DNA of 64,000 bases from Desulfobulbus sp. (GTDB lineage: Bacteria > Desulfobacterota > Desulfobulbia > Desulfobulbales > Desulfobulbaceae): the NCBI RefSeq assembly GCF_031547805.1, contig NZ_JAVBRQ010000015.1, forward strand, positions 4,938-68,937, written 5' to 3'. Shown piece after piece: positions 27,240 to 37,873 of this stretch. Numbering within the stretch: position 1 is the first letter of the stretch; each line of letters starts with the position of its first letter. The notes beneath the pieces are model-generated. The model did no database searches, was not told the DNA's origin, and saw only the letters and a list, made by a program, of their open reading frames with translations. A program made the translations under genes and the position numbers.

Positions 27240-28616
27240 TCAGTCGTTTTTTTTGACAAGCTGTTCGATTTCACCGACCCTGGCGTTGACCAGGGCGGCG
27301 TTGCCTCTAGCCTCGACATTGAGCCGCAGCAAGGGCTCGGTGTTGGAGGAGCGCAGGTTGAACCGCCAGTCGGCGAATTCGAGGCCGATTCCATCGGTGC
27401 GGTCCACCACCAGCGGGTTCCGGCCGGCAAAATGCGCCTCCACCCGTTGCATCGCCGTTTGGGCATCGTCCACCCGATAGTTGATCTCGCCGCTGCAGGG
27501 AAAGGCGGCCTCACGGTCGCCGACCAGGCTGGAGAGCGGCTTACCGGTGGTGCTCATCAGTTCGGCCACCAGCAGCCAGGGGATCATGCCGCTGTCGCAG
27601 TAGGCAAATTCGCGGAAATAATGATGAGCGCTCATCTCGCCGCCATAAATGGCGTTTTCGGCGCGCATCCGTTCCTTGATGAAGGCGTGTCCGGTCTTGC
27701 TTTGAACCGGAATGCCGCCAGCACGGCGCACGATGTCGATGGTGTTCCAGATCAGGCGCGGGTCGTGGATGATTTCCTCGCCGGGATGGCGGGCGAGAAA
27801 GGCTGCGGCCAGCAGGCCGACGATGTAATAGCCCTCAATGAATTTGCCGGTTTCGTCAAAAAGAAAGCAGCGGTCGAAATCGCCGTCCCAGGCAAGGCCC
27901 ATGTCCGCCCTGTGCTCCCGTACGGCCTCGGCGGTGGCGGCCCTGTTTTCGGAAAGCAGTGGGTTGGGGATACCGTTGGGAAAGGTGGAGTCCGGCTCGT
28001 GGTGCACCTTGATGAATTCGAGTGGAACATCCAACTCCCGAAACCGCGCCTCCAGGGCATCGACCACATGGCCGGCCACGCCGTTTCCGGCATTGGCCAC
28101 CAGTCGTAAAGGACGAAGCCGGGTCGGTTCGATGTAGCCCAGCAAATGGTCGACGTACGGGGCGAGTATCGAGCAATGCCGCAAGGTGCCGCGCTTTGCT
28201 GCCTTGGTAAAAATGTTGCCGCTTGCCAGCCGCTCGATCTCCCGGAGGCCGGTGTCGCCGCTGATCGGCCGCGCCCCGCTACGGACCAGCTTCATCCCGT
28301 TGTAATTCATGGGATTGTGGCTGGCGGTCACCTCGATGCCGCCATCGACATCCAGATGAAAAGCAGCGAAATAGACCTCCTCGGTCCCAGTCTGGCCGAT
28401 GTCGATCACATCCACGCCGGCATCCATCAACCCTTCGGCCACGGCTCGCTTGAGCGCCGGGCTGGAGAGGCGAGCATCGCAACCGACGGCCACGCTTCGG
28501 GGCCGGAGATATTCGCCGTACGCCCTGCCAATGCGGCGGGCGATGTCCTTGTCCAGATCCACGCCCAGTTGGCCACGAATGTCATAGGCCTTACAGCAGG
28601 TGAGCATTATTGGCAC
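27240..28616 (-). CDS. manB: phosphomannomutase/phosphoglucomutase
   Basis: 458 aa with 'KAYDIRG', the active-site 'TASHNP', the Mg loop 'DGDFDR' and '[10 protein letters not shown]'. Confidence 0.9.
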   Translation of the reverse strand: MPIMLTCCKAYDIRGQLGVDLDKDIARRIGRAYGEYLRPRSVAVGCDARLSSPALKRAVAEGLMDAGVDVIDIGQTGTEEVYFAAFHLDVDGGIEVTASHNPMNYNGMKLVRSGARPISGDTGLREIERLASGNIFTKAAKRGTLRHCSILAPYVDHLLGYIEPTRLRPLRLVANAGNGVAGHVVDALEARFRELDVPLEFIKVHHEPDSTFPNGIPNPLLSENRAATAEAVREHRADMGLAWDGDFDRCFLFDETGKFIEGYYIVGLLAAAFLARHPGEEIIHDPRLIWNTIDIVRRAGGIPVQSKTGHAFIKERMRAENAIYGGEMSAHHYFREFAYCDSGMIPWLLVAELMSTTGKPLSSLVGDREAAFPCSGEINYRVDDAQTAMQRVEAHFAGRNPLVVDRTDGIGLEFADWRFNLRSSNTEPLLRLNVEARGNAALVNARVGEIEQLVKKND

Positions 28617-30046
28617 CGTCCGTACTGATCAAGGAAACGGACGATATCGTCTTCTCCCAGATATTCGCCGCTCTGCACCTCGATCATGACCAGGGTGAGT
28701 ATGCCCGGATTTTCCAACCGATGGGAGCAGCCGGCGGGGATGTAGGTGGATTCGTTGGCGCCTACCAGCATTTCCTGGTCGCCGCTGACCACCTTGGCCA
28801 TGCCACTGACCACGATCCAGTGTTCGCTGCGATGATGGTGCATCTGCAGGCTGAGGCTGGCCCCCGGCTTGACCTCGATCCGCTTGATCTTGAACCGAGG
28901 CCCTTCCTCCAGCACGGTATAGGCCCCCCATGGTCGGAAAACCGTGCGGTGCAGCCTGTAGGCATCATGATCCTGCTGCTTGAGGTGGGCCACCACCTTT
29001 TTCACGTCCTGCACCTTGTCCGGGTGGACGATGAGCAGGGCGTCGGCCGTATCGATGACAATCAGGTTCTCGACCCCGACCGTGGCCACCAGTCGGTCTT
29101 CGCTCTGGACATAGACGTTGCGGCTGTCGCAGAAAAATGCCTCGCCCGTGTGCCGGTTGTGGTCGACATCGCCGTCGATAAGCCGGCTAACCGCGCTCCA
29201 GGAGCCGATATCGCTCCATCCCATATCCGCCGGCACCACGGCGATGTCGGCCGAGCGTTCCATCAGGGCATAATCTATCGAAATATCGGGAAAGCGCTCG
29301 AAGTCGTCCGGTGGAATTTCCTGCATGGCCGCATCCGGCTGAGCAGAGGCGTTCATGGTGTGCCAACAGGCCTGCGCCGCCTCGAAAACCTCCGGGGCGT
29401 GTCTGGCCATCTGGTCCAGCACCGTGCCGGCGGCAAAACAGAACATGCCAGCGTTCCAGTAATAATTCCCCGCCGCCAGGTATTGTTTGGCGGTGTCGAT
29501 ATCCGGTTTTTCCACGAACCGGTTAACCCTCTTCCCTACCGCCAGATCCTTGCCCGCCTCGATATAGCCAAAGCCGGTTTCGGGTGCGTGCGGGACAATG
29601 CCGAAGGTCACCATGAGCCCCTGGCGAGCCAGTTTCTTTGCCTCCGCGACCGCGCAGGCAAAGGCGGCTTGGTCCCGCACCAGATGGTCGGCCGGCAGGA
29701 CCAGCAGACAGGTTTCGGGCCCGAATGTTTCCCTGACTTGTAAGGCGGCCATGGCAACTGCCGCGGCGGTGTTGCGGCCAAAAGGTTCGAGCAAAAAGCG
29801 AGTCTGGATCTGTTCGCCGATGCCGGCCTTGACCAGTTCGTCTTTGCTGGTGAAATAATAATCCCGATTGGTGACGGTGAGTATCTGTCCGCCTTCGGCG
29901 ACCAGGGCGGCCCGCAGATACGTTTTCAGCAGCAGGCTCTGACCGTCGGCCATTTTTATGAAGGGTTTGGGATGTCCTGCACGGGAAACCGGCCACAGAC
30001 GAGTCCCCGCGCCGCCTGAGAGAATGACAGGGACGAGCATGAGCAA
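28607..30046 (-). CDS. manC: mannose-1-phosphate guanylyltransferase / mannose-6-phosphate isomerase (type II PMI-GMP)
   Basis: 479 aa with '[16 protein letters not shown]', a C-terminal cupin '[17 protein letters not shown]' and 'RFLDQYGR'. Confidence 0.9.
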   Translation of the reverse strand: MLMLVPVILSGGAGTRLWPVSRAGHPKPFIKMADGQSLLLKTYLRAALVAEGGQILTVTNRDYYFTSKDELVKAGIGEQIQTRFLLEPFGRNTAAAVAMAALQVRETFGPETCLLVLPADHLVRDQAAFACAVAEAKKLARQGLMVTFGIVPHAPETGFGYIEAGKDLAVGKRVNRFVEKPDIDTAKQYLAAGNYYWNAGMFCFAAGTVLDQMARHAPEVFEAAQACWHTMNASAQPDAAMQEIPPDDFERFPDISIDYALMERSADIAVVPADMGWSDIGSWSAVSRLIDGDVDHNRHTGEAFFCDSRNVYVQSEDRLVATVGVENLIVIDTADALLIVHPDKVQDVKKVVAHLKQQDHDAYRLHRTVFRPWGAYTVLEEGPRFKIKRIEVKPGASLSLQMHHHRSEHWIVVSGMAKVVSGDQEMLVGANESTYIPAGCSHRLENPGILTLVMIEVQSGEYLGEDDIVRFLDQYGRCQ

Positions 30047-30111
30047 TCCTCGGCAATAACTAGCGATAATTTTTATAATTTCCTTTTAATGAACCGACAG
30101 TGCTGCCCACC

Positions 30112-30660
30112 TTATCGAAATATCTCGGCTCGCGCAAGGGTGTCTCCGGCCGCGTCTTTTGCCGCCAGCCTCGGTTTGCCGTTGATGGGCCAGGCGATCG
30201 CCAGTTGCGGATCGGACCAGAGGAGAATCCGCTCACTCTCCGGAGCGTAATACTCCGTGGTTTTATAAAAAAATTCGGCAATCTCGCTGATCGCCAGGAA
30301 ACCGTGGGCAAAACCCGGTGGAATCCAGAGCTGCCGTTTGTTCTCGGCACTGAGATATTCTCCCACCCATTGACCGAAGGTCGGTGAGCTTTGGCGGATA
30401 TCGACGGCCACGTCGAACACCTCCCCGGTCACGCAACGTACCAGTTTGCCTTGGGCGGCAGGCGGCAGTTGGTAATGGAGCCCCCGAAGCACACCTTTGA
30501 CCGAACGGGAATGGTTGTCCTGGACGAACCGGACATCAAGCCCGGTTGCTTGCAAAAAACGGTGCTCATTGAAGCTTTCGTAAAAAAAACCACGCTCATC
30601 GGCGAAAATTTTCGGCTCGATGATCAGCACCTCGGGAATTGCCGTGGCCAGCACCCGCAT
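30112..30660 (-). CDS. rfbC: dTDP-4-dehydrorhamnose 3,5-epimerase
   Basis: It has 'IPEVLIIEPKIFADERGFFYESF', 'VQDNHSRSVKGVLRGLHYQ' and 'IPPGFAHGF'. The start was set at ATG 30660. Confidence 0.9.
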   Translation of the reverse strand: MRVLATAIPEVLIIEPKIFADERGFFYESFNEHRFLQATGLDVRFVQDNHSRSVKGVLRGLHYQLPPAAQGKLVRCVTGEVFDVAVDIRQSSPTFGQWVGEYLSAENKRQLWIPPGFAHGFLAISEIAEFFYKTTEYYAPESERILLWSDPQLAIAWPINGKPRLAAKDAAGDTLARAEIFR

Positions 30661-31538
30661 CAAAACACCTTTTCCTTCAAGATTGCCGACAGGTAGCGGC
30701 CATAACCGTTTTTCGCCAGCTCCCGGGCCAGGGATTTGAGTTGTCCGGCATCGATCCATCCCTGGCGGTAGGCGATTTCTTCCGGGCACGCCACCTTCAG
30801 CCCTTGCCTTTTTTCAATAGTTTGAATGAATTGGCCGGCCTCCAGCATGGATTCGTGGGTGCCGGTATCGAGCCAGGCATAGCCGCGGCCCATGATTTCG
30901 ACATGCAAACGGTCGCGCTCAAGATACACGCGGTTGACATCGGTGATCTCCAGTTCTCCCCGCGCCGACGGTTCGATGGTTTTGGCAATGTCGATCACCT
31001 CTTGGTCATAAAAATACAACCCGGTGACCGCATAACTGCTCTTCGGTTCCTTGGGCTTTTCTTCGATGCTGGTTGCTTGCCCCTGTTCGTCGAAGGCCAC
31101 CACGCCGTAGCGCTCCGGATCGTTCACCCGGTAGGCGAAAATGCTCGCTCCGGTCGTTTGCCCGTCGGCGTTGGCCAACAGTTTGTGCAAATCGTGACCA
31201 TAAAAGATATTGTCGCCCAGGACCAGGGCAACCGCATCCTTGCCGATAAACTGCTCGCCGATGAGGAAGGCTTGCGCCAGTCCATCCGGGCGAGGTTGGA
31301 CCGCATAATTCAGGTTGATCCCCCACCTACTGCCATCGCCGAGCAGCTGCTCGAAGCGCGGGGTGTCCTGCGGGGTGGAGATGATCAGGATATCCCGGAT
31401 ATTGGCCAGCATGAGCGTGGACAGGGGATAATAGATCATCGGTTTGTCGAAAATCGGCAGCAGTTGCTTGGACACCGCCAGGGTTGCCGGATACAGCCGG
31501 GTGCCGGAACCGCCGGCCAGGATGATTCCCTTGCGCAT
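30660..31538 (-). CDS. rfbA: glucose-1-phosphate thymidylyltransferase
   Basis: '[45 protein letters not shown]' is near-canonical RmlA. The start was set at ATG 31538; the longer ORF extension is spurious. Confidence 0.95.
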   Translation of the reverse strand: MRKGIILAGGSGTRLYPATLAVSKQLLPIFDKPMIYYPLSTLMLANIRDILIISTPQDTPRFEQLLGDGSRWGINLNYAVQPRPDGLAQAFLIGEQFIGKDAVALVLGDNIFYGHDLHKLLANADGQTTGASIFAYRVNDPERYGVVAFDEQGQATSIEEKPKEPKSSYAVTGLYFYDQEVIDIAKTIEPSARGELEITDVNRVYLERDRLHVEIMGRGYAWLDTGTHESMLEAGQFIQTIEKRQGLKVACPEEIAYRQGWIDAGQLKSLARELAKNGYGRYLSAILKEKVF

Positions 31539-31540
31539 GG

Positions 31541-32437
31541 TCACGTCCGGTGGAGTTGTTGCAGTACATGCCCAAGCCCTTCCTGCCAGGGCGGCAGCCG
31601 CAGGCCGAAGGTGTGCCGGAGCAGATCGGTCGCCAGCCGGGAATTGGCCGGCCTGGCTGCCGGCAGGGGATACTCGGCCGTGGCGATCGGCAGAATGTTC
31701 TCCGGCCGCAGTTTCAAGTCGCGGCCATCGCGCCAGGCGGTGGCGACCACGGTCTTCGCATAGTCGCACCAAGTCGTTTCGCCGGTGGCAGCTAGATTGT
31801 ACAGACCATAGGGAAATTGTTCCCGGTCCGGCCATCGCCGATACTGCCCGAGAATCTGCGCGGTCACATCCGCCAACAAGGCGGCTGAAGTGGGTGCGCC
31901 GGACTGGTCGGCAACCACCTTGATTTCCTCGCGCTCCCCGGCCAGCCGTAGGATGGTCTTAGCAAAATTGTTCCCATATGCGCCAAACACCCAACTCGTT
32001 CTGAATACCAGATGTTTTTTCACCTGCCGGCGCAAGGCCTGTGTCCCCGTTGCCTTGCTTTTCCCATAAATACCCAGGGGATGGGGAATATCGGCCTCGC
32101 TATGGGCCCCGGATTTGCTACCGTCGAACACATAATCCGTGCAATAGTGCACCACCAGGGCGTCGAGCCGAGCGGCCTCCTCGCCGATGACTTCAGGTGC
32201 CCGGCTGTTGACGGCAAAGGCCGCCTCCGGCTCCGATTCGGCGCGATCGACCGCGGTATAGGCCGCCGGGTTGACGATGATCTCCGGCCGCCATTCCCGG
32301 ATCAGCCGGCGGATGGCCTGTTCATCGGCCAGGTCACACTCGGCATGGCCGACGGCCCGCACAGTGCCGAGCGGCGCCAGTGCCCGCTGCAACTCGAAGC
32401 CGACCTGCCCGTTTTTGCCTGTCAGGAGAATCCGCAC
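31541..32437 (-). CDS. rfbD: dTDP-4-dehydrorhamnose reductase
   Basis: It has '[14 protein letters not shown]', 'NPAAYTAVD' and 'YGKSK'. The start was placed at GTG 32437, just after the rfbB stop (uncertain). Confidence 0.9.
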   Translation of the reverse strand: MRILLTGKNGQVGFELQRALAPLGTVRAVGHAECDLADEQAIRRLIREWRPEIIVNPAAYTAVDRAESEPEAAFAVNSRAPEVIGEEAARLDALVVHYCTDYVFDGSKSGAHSEADIPHPLGIYGKSKATGTQALRRQVKKHLVFRTSWVFGAYGNNFAKTILRLAGEREEIKVVADQSGAPTSAALLADVTAQILGQYRRWPDREQFPYGLYNLAATGETTWCDYAKTVVATAWRDGRDLKLRPENILPIATAEYPLPAARPANSRLATDLLRHTFGLRLPPWQEGLGHVLQQLHRT

Positions 32438-32439
32438 AA

Positions 32440-33501
32440 TCAGGCCCCATACTGTTGGGCCAGCCAATGGCGATAGGCGCCGCTGGTCACGTTCTGCATC
32501 CATTGTTGGTGCTCAAGATACCAGCCTACGGTTCGGCGCAGGCCGGTTACAAAGGTCTCCACCGGCCGCCAGCCCAGTTCCCGTTCGATTTTGCCGGCAT
32601 CGATGGCATAGCGCCGGTCGTGGCCGGGCCGGTCCTGGACAAAGACGATCTGTTCCGCATAGGGACGGCCGTCGCCCCTGGGGCGGAGTTCGTCCAGGAT
32701 GGCGCAGAGCGTGGTCACCACCTCGCGGTTGGTTTTCTCGCTCCAGCCGCCGATATTGTAGACTTCTCCGGGCGAGCCGGCTGCCAGCACCCGTCGGATG
32801 GCGTCGCAATGATCCCCGACATAGAGCCAGTCGCGGATCTGCAAACCATCGCCGTAAAGCGGCAGGGGCTGGCCGACCAGGGCATGATGCATGCACAGCG
32901 GGATCAGCTTTTCCGGGAACTGGTACGGCCCGTAGTTGTTGGAACAATTGGTGGTCAAAACCGGCAGACCGTAGGTGTGACGATAGGCCCGCACCAGGTG
33001 GTCGCTCGCCGCCTTGCTGGCGGAATACGGGCTATTGGGTTCATACCGGTTGGTCTCGGCGAAGGCCGGAGCCTCGGGGGTCAATGATCCGTAAACTTCG
33101 TCGGTCGACACATGCAGGAAGCGGAAGCCTTCCCGGTCTCCGGCTGTCAAGCCGTTCCAATGGGCCCTTGCCGCCTCGAGCAGGCGGAAGGTGCCCACGA
33201 TGTTGGTCTGAATGAAATCGTCCGGCCCGTGGATGCTGCGGTCGACATGGGATTCCGCGGCAAAATGCACCACCGCCCGCGGCCGGTGCCGGGCCAGCAG
33301 GTCGACAACCAAATCGGAATCGCCAATGTCGCCCTTGACAAAAATATGCCGGTCGTCGCCCGCAAGTGAGGCGAGATTCTCCGGATTGCCCGCATAGGTC
33401 AGGGCATCGAGGTTGATGACAGGCTCATCGGACCGCTCAAGCCAGTCGAGGACAAAATTGCTGCCGATGAAGCCGGCGCCGCCGGTAACGAGTATGGCCA
33501 T
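32440..33501 (-). CDS. rfbB: dTDP-glucose 4,6-dehydratase
   Basis: 353 aa with 'ILVTGGAGFIGSNFV', 'HFAAESHVDRS', 'STDEVYG' and 'YSASKA'. Confidence 0.95.
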   Translation of the reverse strand: MAILVTGGAGFIGSNFVLDWLERSDEPVINLDALTYAGNPENLASLAGDDRHIFVKGDIGDSDLVVDLLARHRPRAVVHFAAESHVDRSIHGPDDFIQTNIVGTFRLLEAARAHWNGLTAGDREGFRFLHVSTDEVYGSLTPEAPAFAETNRYEPNSPYSASKAASDHLVRAYRHTYGLPVLTTNCSNNYGPYQFPEKLIPLCMHHALVGQPLPLYGDGLQIRDWLYVGDHCDAIRRVLAAGSPGEVYNIGGWSEKTNREVVTTLCAILDELRPRGDGRPYAEQIVFVQDRPGHDRRYAIDAGKIERELGWRPVETFVTGLRRTVGWYLEHQQWMQNVTSGAYRHWLAQQYGA

Positions 33502-33538
33502 GATTCAGACAAATCTTCGGTGATGGAATTTTTTCATC

Positions 33539-33576
33539 AAAAAACGAATCAAGGCATCGGCACATTGCCGGATGCC
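33539..33576 (-). terminator. candidate intrinsic terminator after the PglF/CapD-like gene
   Basis: The minus strand reads GGCATCCGGCA-atg-TGCCGATGCC (one bulge) followed by TTGATTCGTTTTTT. Confidence 0.35.
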
Positions 33577-33615
33577 GCCGCGATCGCTCTCCAGAATCGG
33601 CTGCGGGCTTACCGG

Positions 33616-35601
33616 TCAGACCGTAAAATCGGGTTGATATTCCGGAACAATGCGCCGCAGGGTTTCCTTGATACCCCGGCTATCCAGGGCGTGGGCCTGT
33701 TCCGCCAGATGATCGAGCTGACCGCTGAGCATCGATGAAGAGGGCATTGTTTCTCCTCGGAGCACCATGATCTTCTCGTGATGGGTATCGACGATCCCCT
33801 CGCCCTCGGTGATCAATTCTTCATAGAGTTTCTCGCCCGCGCGCAGCCCGACGAAACGGATCTCGATCTCGCTGTCCGGCTCCCTGCCGGTCAGGCGGAT
33901 CAGTTCCCGGGCCATGTCGGCGATCTTGACCGGCTCTCCCATCCTGAGGATGAAAATTTCGCCGCCTTCCCCCATGGAGCCGGACTGAAGAATGAGCTGG
34001 GCAGCCTCCTCGGCCGACATGAAATAACGGGTCACCTCCGGATGGGTGACCGTCACCGGCCCGCCCTTTTCGATCTGCCGCTTGAACAGCGGCACCACCG
34101 AGCCGGAGGAGCCCAGCACATTGCCGAACCGAACGCCCATGAACCGGGTGGCATGCCGGGAAGGCACAAGGGGTGCCATATCCGCCGGCACCTCATCCTG
34201 CATCCTCTGCCAGGCCGGGCTGAAGGCGCCGTCCCAGCACGAGCTGTTGTAGGCCAGCATCAGCAGCTCGGTCACCCGTTTCGAGGCCCCCATGACATTG
34301 GTCGGCCGGACCGCCTTGTCGGTGGAGACCAGGACAAATCGCTCCGCTCCGTGCACGATGGCGGCCTCCATCAGGAGCTGGGTGCCGAAGATATTGTTGT
34401 AGACCGCCTGCCAGGGGTTGCGTTCCACCAAGGGCACATGTTTATAGGCGGCGGTGTGAAAGACCACCGCGGGTCGGTGCTGCCGAAACACCGCATTCAG
34501 CAGGCGCAGATCCTGGACTTTGCCTAAAATGGCGACGCTCCGGACTTCCTCGTGTTCGTGGCGCAATTCCATCTGCACATTGTAGAGATTTTCCTCGCTG
34601 GCATCGAAGAGGACGATCAATGCCGGGGAAAAACGGAGAAGCTGCCGGCACAACTCGGAACCGATCGAGCCGCCCGCCCCAGTGATCAGCACCGTCTTGC
34701 CGGTCAGGTACCGGCCGATCCTGTCCTGCTCCAGCCTGACCTCCTCGCGGCCAAGCAGATCCTTGAAGGAGATGTCGCGGATGGTGCGGATCGATACCTG
34801 GCCGTTGATCAATTCCCCCATGGTGGGCAGGACCTTGAAAGGGAGTTGCGTCCGCTGGCACAACCCGACAATCCGCCTCATCTTCGCCTTGTCGATGATC
34901 ACCGTGGCAATCAAGATTTCCTGGGCCCTGGCGCGGCGGGCATGTTCGCCGATGTCCTCGATCATGCCCAGCACCGGAACGTTGAACAGCTTCATGCCGG
35001 TCTTGCCCGGATCGTCGTCGACCAGGCCCACTGCCTTGTACGGCAGCCGGCTGTTCTCGCTCAATTCCCGCAGCAGCCGGGCGGCGGCGTCTCCGGCCCC
35101 GACCAGCAGCAACCGTTTCTGTTCCACGGGCTCGGCTGTTCGGAAACCTTCCGCACCGTTGGCCATCCGTTGGCAGACGAAGCGAATGAGCATCCTGTGG
35201 CAGGAGATGCAGCCGAAGGTGAAGATGCCGTCCAGGATGAAGACCGACCGCGAGAATCCGAGAAAATGGGCACCGAACAACAGCAGGAGGATGACCAGGG
35301 CGGAAGAAAAAACGGTGGCCAAAGCGATATGGACAATATCGTTTAAGCTGGTGTAGCGCCACATGCCCCGATAGAGGCCGAACAAGTAAAACGTGGGCAG
35401 CTTGACCGCCAGGATCAGAGGCAGCACCCCAGTGAATTGGCCGAAAACCGGGCCGTGCAGCATGGAATCGAAGCGAATCGCGTAGGCCAGATAGTGTGCC
35501 AGCACAACCAAGACGGCATCGCCGCAAAGGACCAGCCAGAATTTCGGATTCTTCGCCAAGGTCCGGAGCAACCGCCAATGCGAAGAAATTTTGCTCAACA
35601 C
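33616..35601 (-). CDS. membrane-anchored NDP-sugar 4,6-dehydratase (CapD/WbpM/PglF family)
   Basis: 661 aa. It has 4 N-terminal TM helices, then two Rossmann regions ('LLLVGAGDAA', 'VLITGAGGSIGSEL') and an SDR catalytic region ('STDKAVRPTNVMGASK'). Confidence 0.85.
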   Translation of the reverse strand: MLSKISSHWRLLRTLAKNPKFWLVLCGDAVLVVLAHYLAYAIRFDSMLHGPVFGQFTGVLPLILAVKLPTFYLFGLYRGMWRYTSLNDIVHIALATVFSSALVILLLLFGAHFLGFSRSVFILDGIFTFGCISCHRMLIRFVCQRMANGAEGFRTAEPVEQKRLLLVGAGDAAARLLRELSENSRLPYKAVGLVDDDPGKTGMKLFNVPVLGMIEDIGEHARRARAQEILIATVIIDKAKMRRIVGLCQRTQLPFKVLPTMGELINGQVSIRTIRDISFKDLLGREEVRLEQDRIGRYLTGKTVLITGAGGSIGSELCRQLLRFSPALIVLFDASEENLYNVQMELRHEHEEVRSVAILGKVQDLRLLNAVFRQHRPAVVFHTAAYKHVPLVERNPWQAVYNNIFGTQLLMEAAIVHGAERFVLVSTDKAVRPTNVMGASKRVTELLMLAYNSSCWDGAFSPAWQRMQDEVPADMAPLVPSRHATRFMGVRFGNVLGSSGSVVPLFKRQIEKGGPVTVTHPEVTRYFMSAEEAAQLILQSGSMGEGGEIFILRMGEPVKIADMARELIRLTGREPDSEIEIRFVGLRAGEKLYEELITEGEGIVDTHHEKIMVLRGETMPSSSMLSGQLDHLAEQAHALDSRGIKETLRRIVPEYQPDFTV

Positions 35602-36014
35602 GGCTGCTCCCCCGCCCCTTGATCAACAGGGCAATCGGTTCGAGTACTCTTCATCCTCAAAACATCTTCAAAAACAGAATCCGCCGGGTGGACGCAATCC
35701 ATCCGGCGCATTTTCCCCAAGGATCAACTTTGCCCTGCTTATATCCCAATAAAGGGGATAAATTTCAACCCATAAAACAGGTAAAACCGACAATGTTCGC
35801 GCCAAGATAGCGGCATGATGCACACGGACCGGTCCTTCGGCCCGCAAAGCGCCTGTCGTAGCCTGGTTTTCGCCCCATTATCCGCCCGGGTCGGGATGAT
35901 ATACGGACAACGGCGTCCGTTTGTATCAAAAAATACGTATGCAATCAAGACGAACCTGCACCTGACCACTGCCAAAATCGAACGGTATCACCTGCGCCAC
36001 TTGCCGCAATTCGT

Positions 36015-36305
36015 CTAAAACGGCGAGTTCGCCCGCAGATCGGCGTATTCCCTGTTCCGCTCCATGAAAGTGGCCACATAGGAACACTGCGGCACCACCT
36101 TTTTCCCCTGGCGGCGGGCATCCTCCAGCGCGAAACGGGTCAGGATCGCGGCCACGTTCCTGCCCCGCAGCTCCGGCGGCACGAAGGTATGGGTAAAAGC
36201 CAGGGCGCCATCGCCCTGTTCCACGTAGTCCAGCACCGCGGTTTTTCCTTCGATGTGCAGCTCGAAGCGCTTCATCAGCTCGTTTTTTTTCGGTTCGTTT
36301 TCCAT
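36015..36305 (-). CDS. small GNAT-like acetyltransferase-fold protein (YjdJ/Acetyltransf_CG type)
   Basis: This is the last 96 aa of ORF 36015-36524: 'RFELHIEGKTAVLDYVEQGDGALAFTHTFVPPELRGRNVAAILTRFALEDARRQGKKVVPQCSYV'. The start was set at ATG 36305. Confidence 0.6.
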   Translation of the reverse strand: MENEPKKNELMKRFELHIEGKTAVLDYVEQGDGALAFTHTFVPPELRGRNVAAILTRFALEDARRQGKKVVPQCSYVATFMERNREYADLRANSPF

Positions 36306-36511
36306 GTTGTTGCCTCCTGTCGTTGCTTCCTTGTACCCAACCCGGTGTTGTTGCCCCGATCGAACGGCCCGACGCCGTTGCCGGGCAATCGTGATGAAAC
36401 GGCATAATCGAGGGTTGCTCGGGTTTCTCTTCCGCCCAATCCATGATACAGTGGCGCCATCACCGGAAACGCCCGCAAGCCGCCCTTTCCGCCCAAACGG
36501 TGACCGACCCC

Positions 36512-37690
36512 ATGCGACCTCCAAGACGCACCGCCAAAAAACGCTTTCGCCTCTTCGGGCGCCTCTCTCACCTCAAGGCGAGTCCCGATGCCGTCCGTTT
36601 TCACCATAATCAGGTCGCCCTCCTGCCGCACGGGGGGGATTTTTTCCCCGCCCTATTCCAGGCCATGGCCGAAGCCACCACCGCCATCTGCGCCGAATTC
36701 TACATCGTCAAGGCCGACGAAACCGGCCAGGCCTTTGCCCATGCCCTTCGGCAAGCGGCCGCGCGCGGGGTCGAGGTCTCTTTAATTTATGACGCCATCG
36801 GCTGTTTCGACACCCCTTCCTCGTATTTTCAACGGCTGCAGGCGGCTGGTGTGCGCTGTTTGCCGTTCAATAAACCCGCCTTTTCCCGGCTGCATTGGCT
36901 CGATCTCCGCGATCACCGCAAGATGGTCGTCATCGACGGTACCACCGCCTTTCTCGGCGGGCTCAACATCGGCGACGAATATGCCGGCTACGGCGACAGT
37001 TACGAGCATTGGCGCGACGTCGGCCTCCGCCTCGACGGGCCGGCGGCCGGAGAATTGCAGCGGCTGTTCCGCCAAACCTGGTCCCAGGAGGGCGGTGGCG
37101 GCGTTCCGGGGCAGAGCCTCACCCCGCCCTTGCCCCAAGGCGAGGCCGACGTGATCATCATCAACGGTTCTCCCCACCGCAACCGGCCCCTGATTCGCAA
37201 TACCTTCCGCCTGGCCGTGGCCGGTGCCACCCGCTGCGCCCGGATCATCACCCCCTATTTCCTTCCCGGCCCGCGGGTGGTCCGCTCCCTGTTGCGGGCC
37301 GTCAAGCGCGGTGTCCAGGTACGGATGATCCTGCCTTCGATCAGCGACGTGCCCATCGTGCAAATGCTGAGCCGGGCCTATCTCAAGCCACTGATGGCCG
37401 CCGGGGTGGAGGTCTACGCCCGCCAGGGAACCATTCTCCACGCCAAGGTGATGCTCATTGACGACCAATGGGTGACGCTGGGCTCGGCCAACCTCGATTT
37501 TCGCAGTTTTCACCGTAATTTCGAGATCAACATCATCGTCGACAACCACGCCTTCGGCCTTGCAATGAAGGCCCTGTTCGACGAGGAGTTGGGGCTGTCC
37601 AAACGCCTGTCCCTGATCGACCACATGCACGCCACCCCGCTGGAACGATTCCTGGAATGGCTACTGACGCCCTTGAGCCGCTTCCTCTGA
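36512..37690 (+). CDS. phospholipase D / cardiolipin synthase-like protein (two HKD motifs, no obvious TM)
   Basis: It carries HKD 1 'HRKMVVIDGTTAFLGGLNIGDEY' and HKD 2 'LHAKVMLIDDQWVTLGSANLDFRS'. The start was set at ATG 36512 (uncertain). Confidence 0.8.
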   Translation: MRPPRRTAKKRFRLFGRLSHLKASPDAVRFHHNQVALLPHGGDFFPALFQAMAEATTAICAEFYIVKADETGQAFAHALRQAAARGVEVSLIYDAIGCFDTPSSYFQRLQAAGVRCLPFNKPAFSRLHWLDLRDHRKMVVIDGTTAFLGGLNIGDEYAGYGDSYEHWRDVGLRLDGPAAGELQRLFRQTWSQEGGGGVPGQSLTPPLPQGEADVIIINGSPHRNRPLIRNTFRLAVAGATRCARIITPYFLPGPRVVRSLLRAVKRGVQVRMILPSISDVPIVQMLSRAYLKPLMAAGVEVYARQGTILHAKVMLIDDQWVTLGSANLDFRSFHRNFEINIIVDNHAFGLAMKALFDEELGLSKRLSLIDHMHATPLERFLEWLLTPLSRFL

Positions 37691-37873
37691 CGCAAACGAC
37701 CGCGCCCGGAAACCGCAGGCTTGCTCATCCCATGCAAGGCTTGCTTTTGGCTCCGTCCGGTGGTATCCATCAACCTTTTGCCTCCCCTGAGGCTGTACCC
37801 TTCGTTGAACCCGCTTGGTACCCGACAACTTATCGTCGCATAATTCCGACATCGCCCGCACGACGCACGCATC

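Noticed and set aside
30764-30771. GGCGGTAG (ops/JUMPStart core) as an RfaH-dependent antitermination signal
   Set aside because: It lies on the plus strand inside the minus-strand rfbA coding sequence. I found no copy in the long leader 35602-36014 upstream of the locus.
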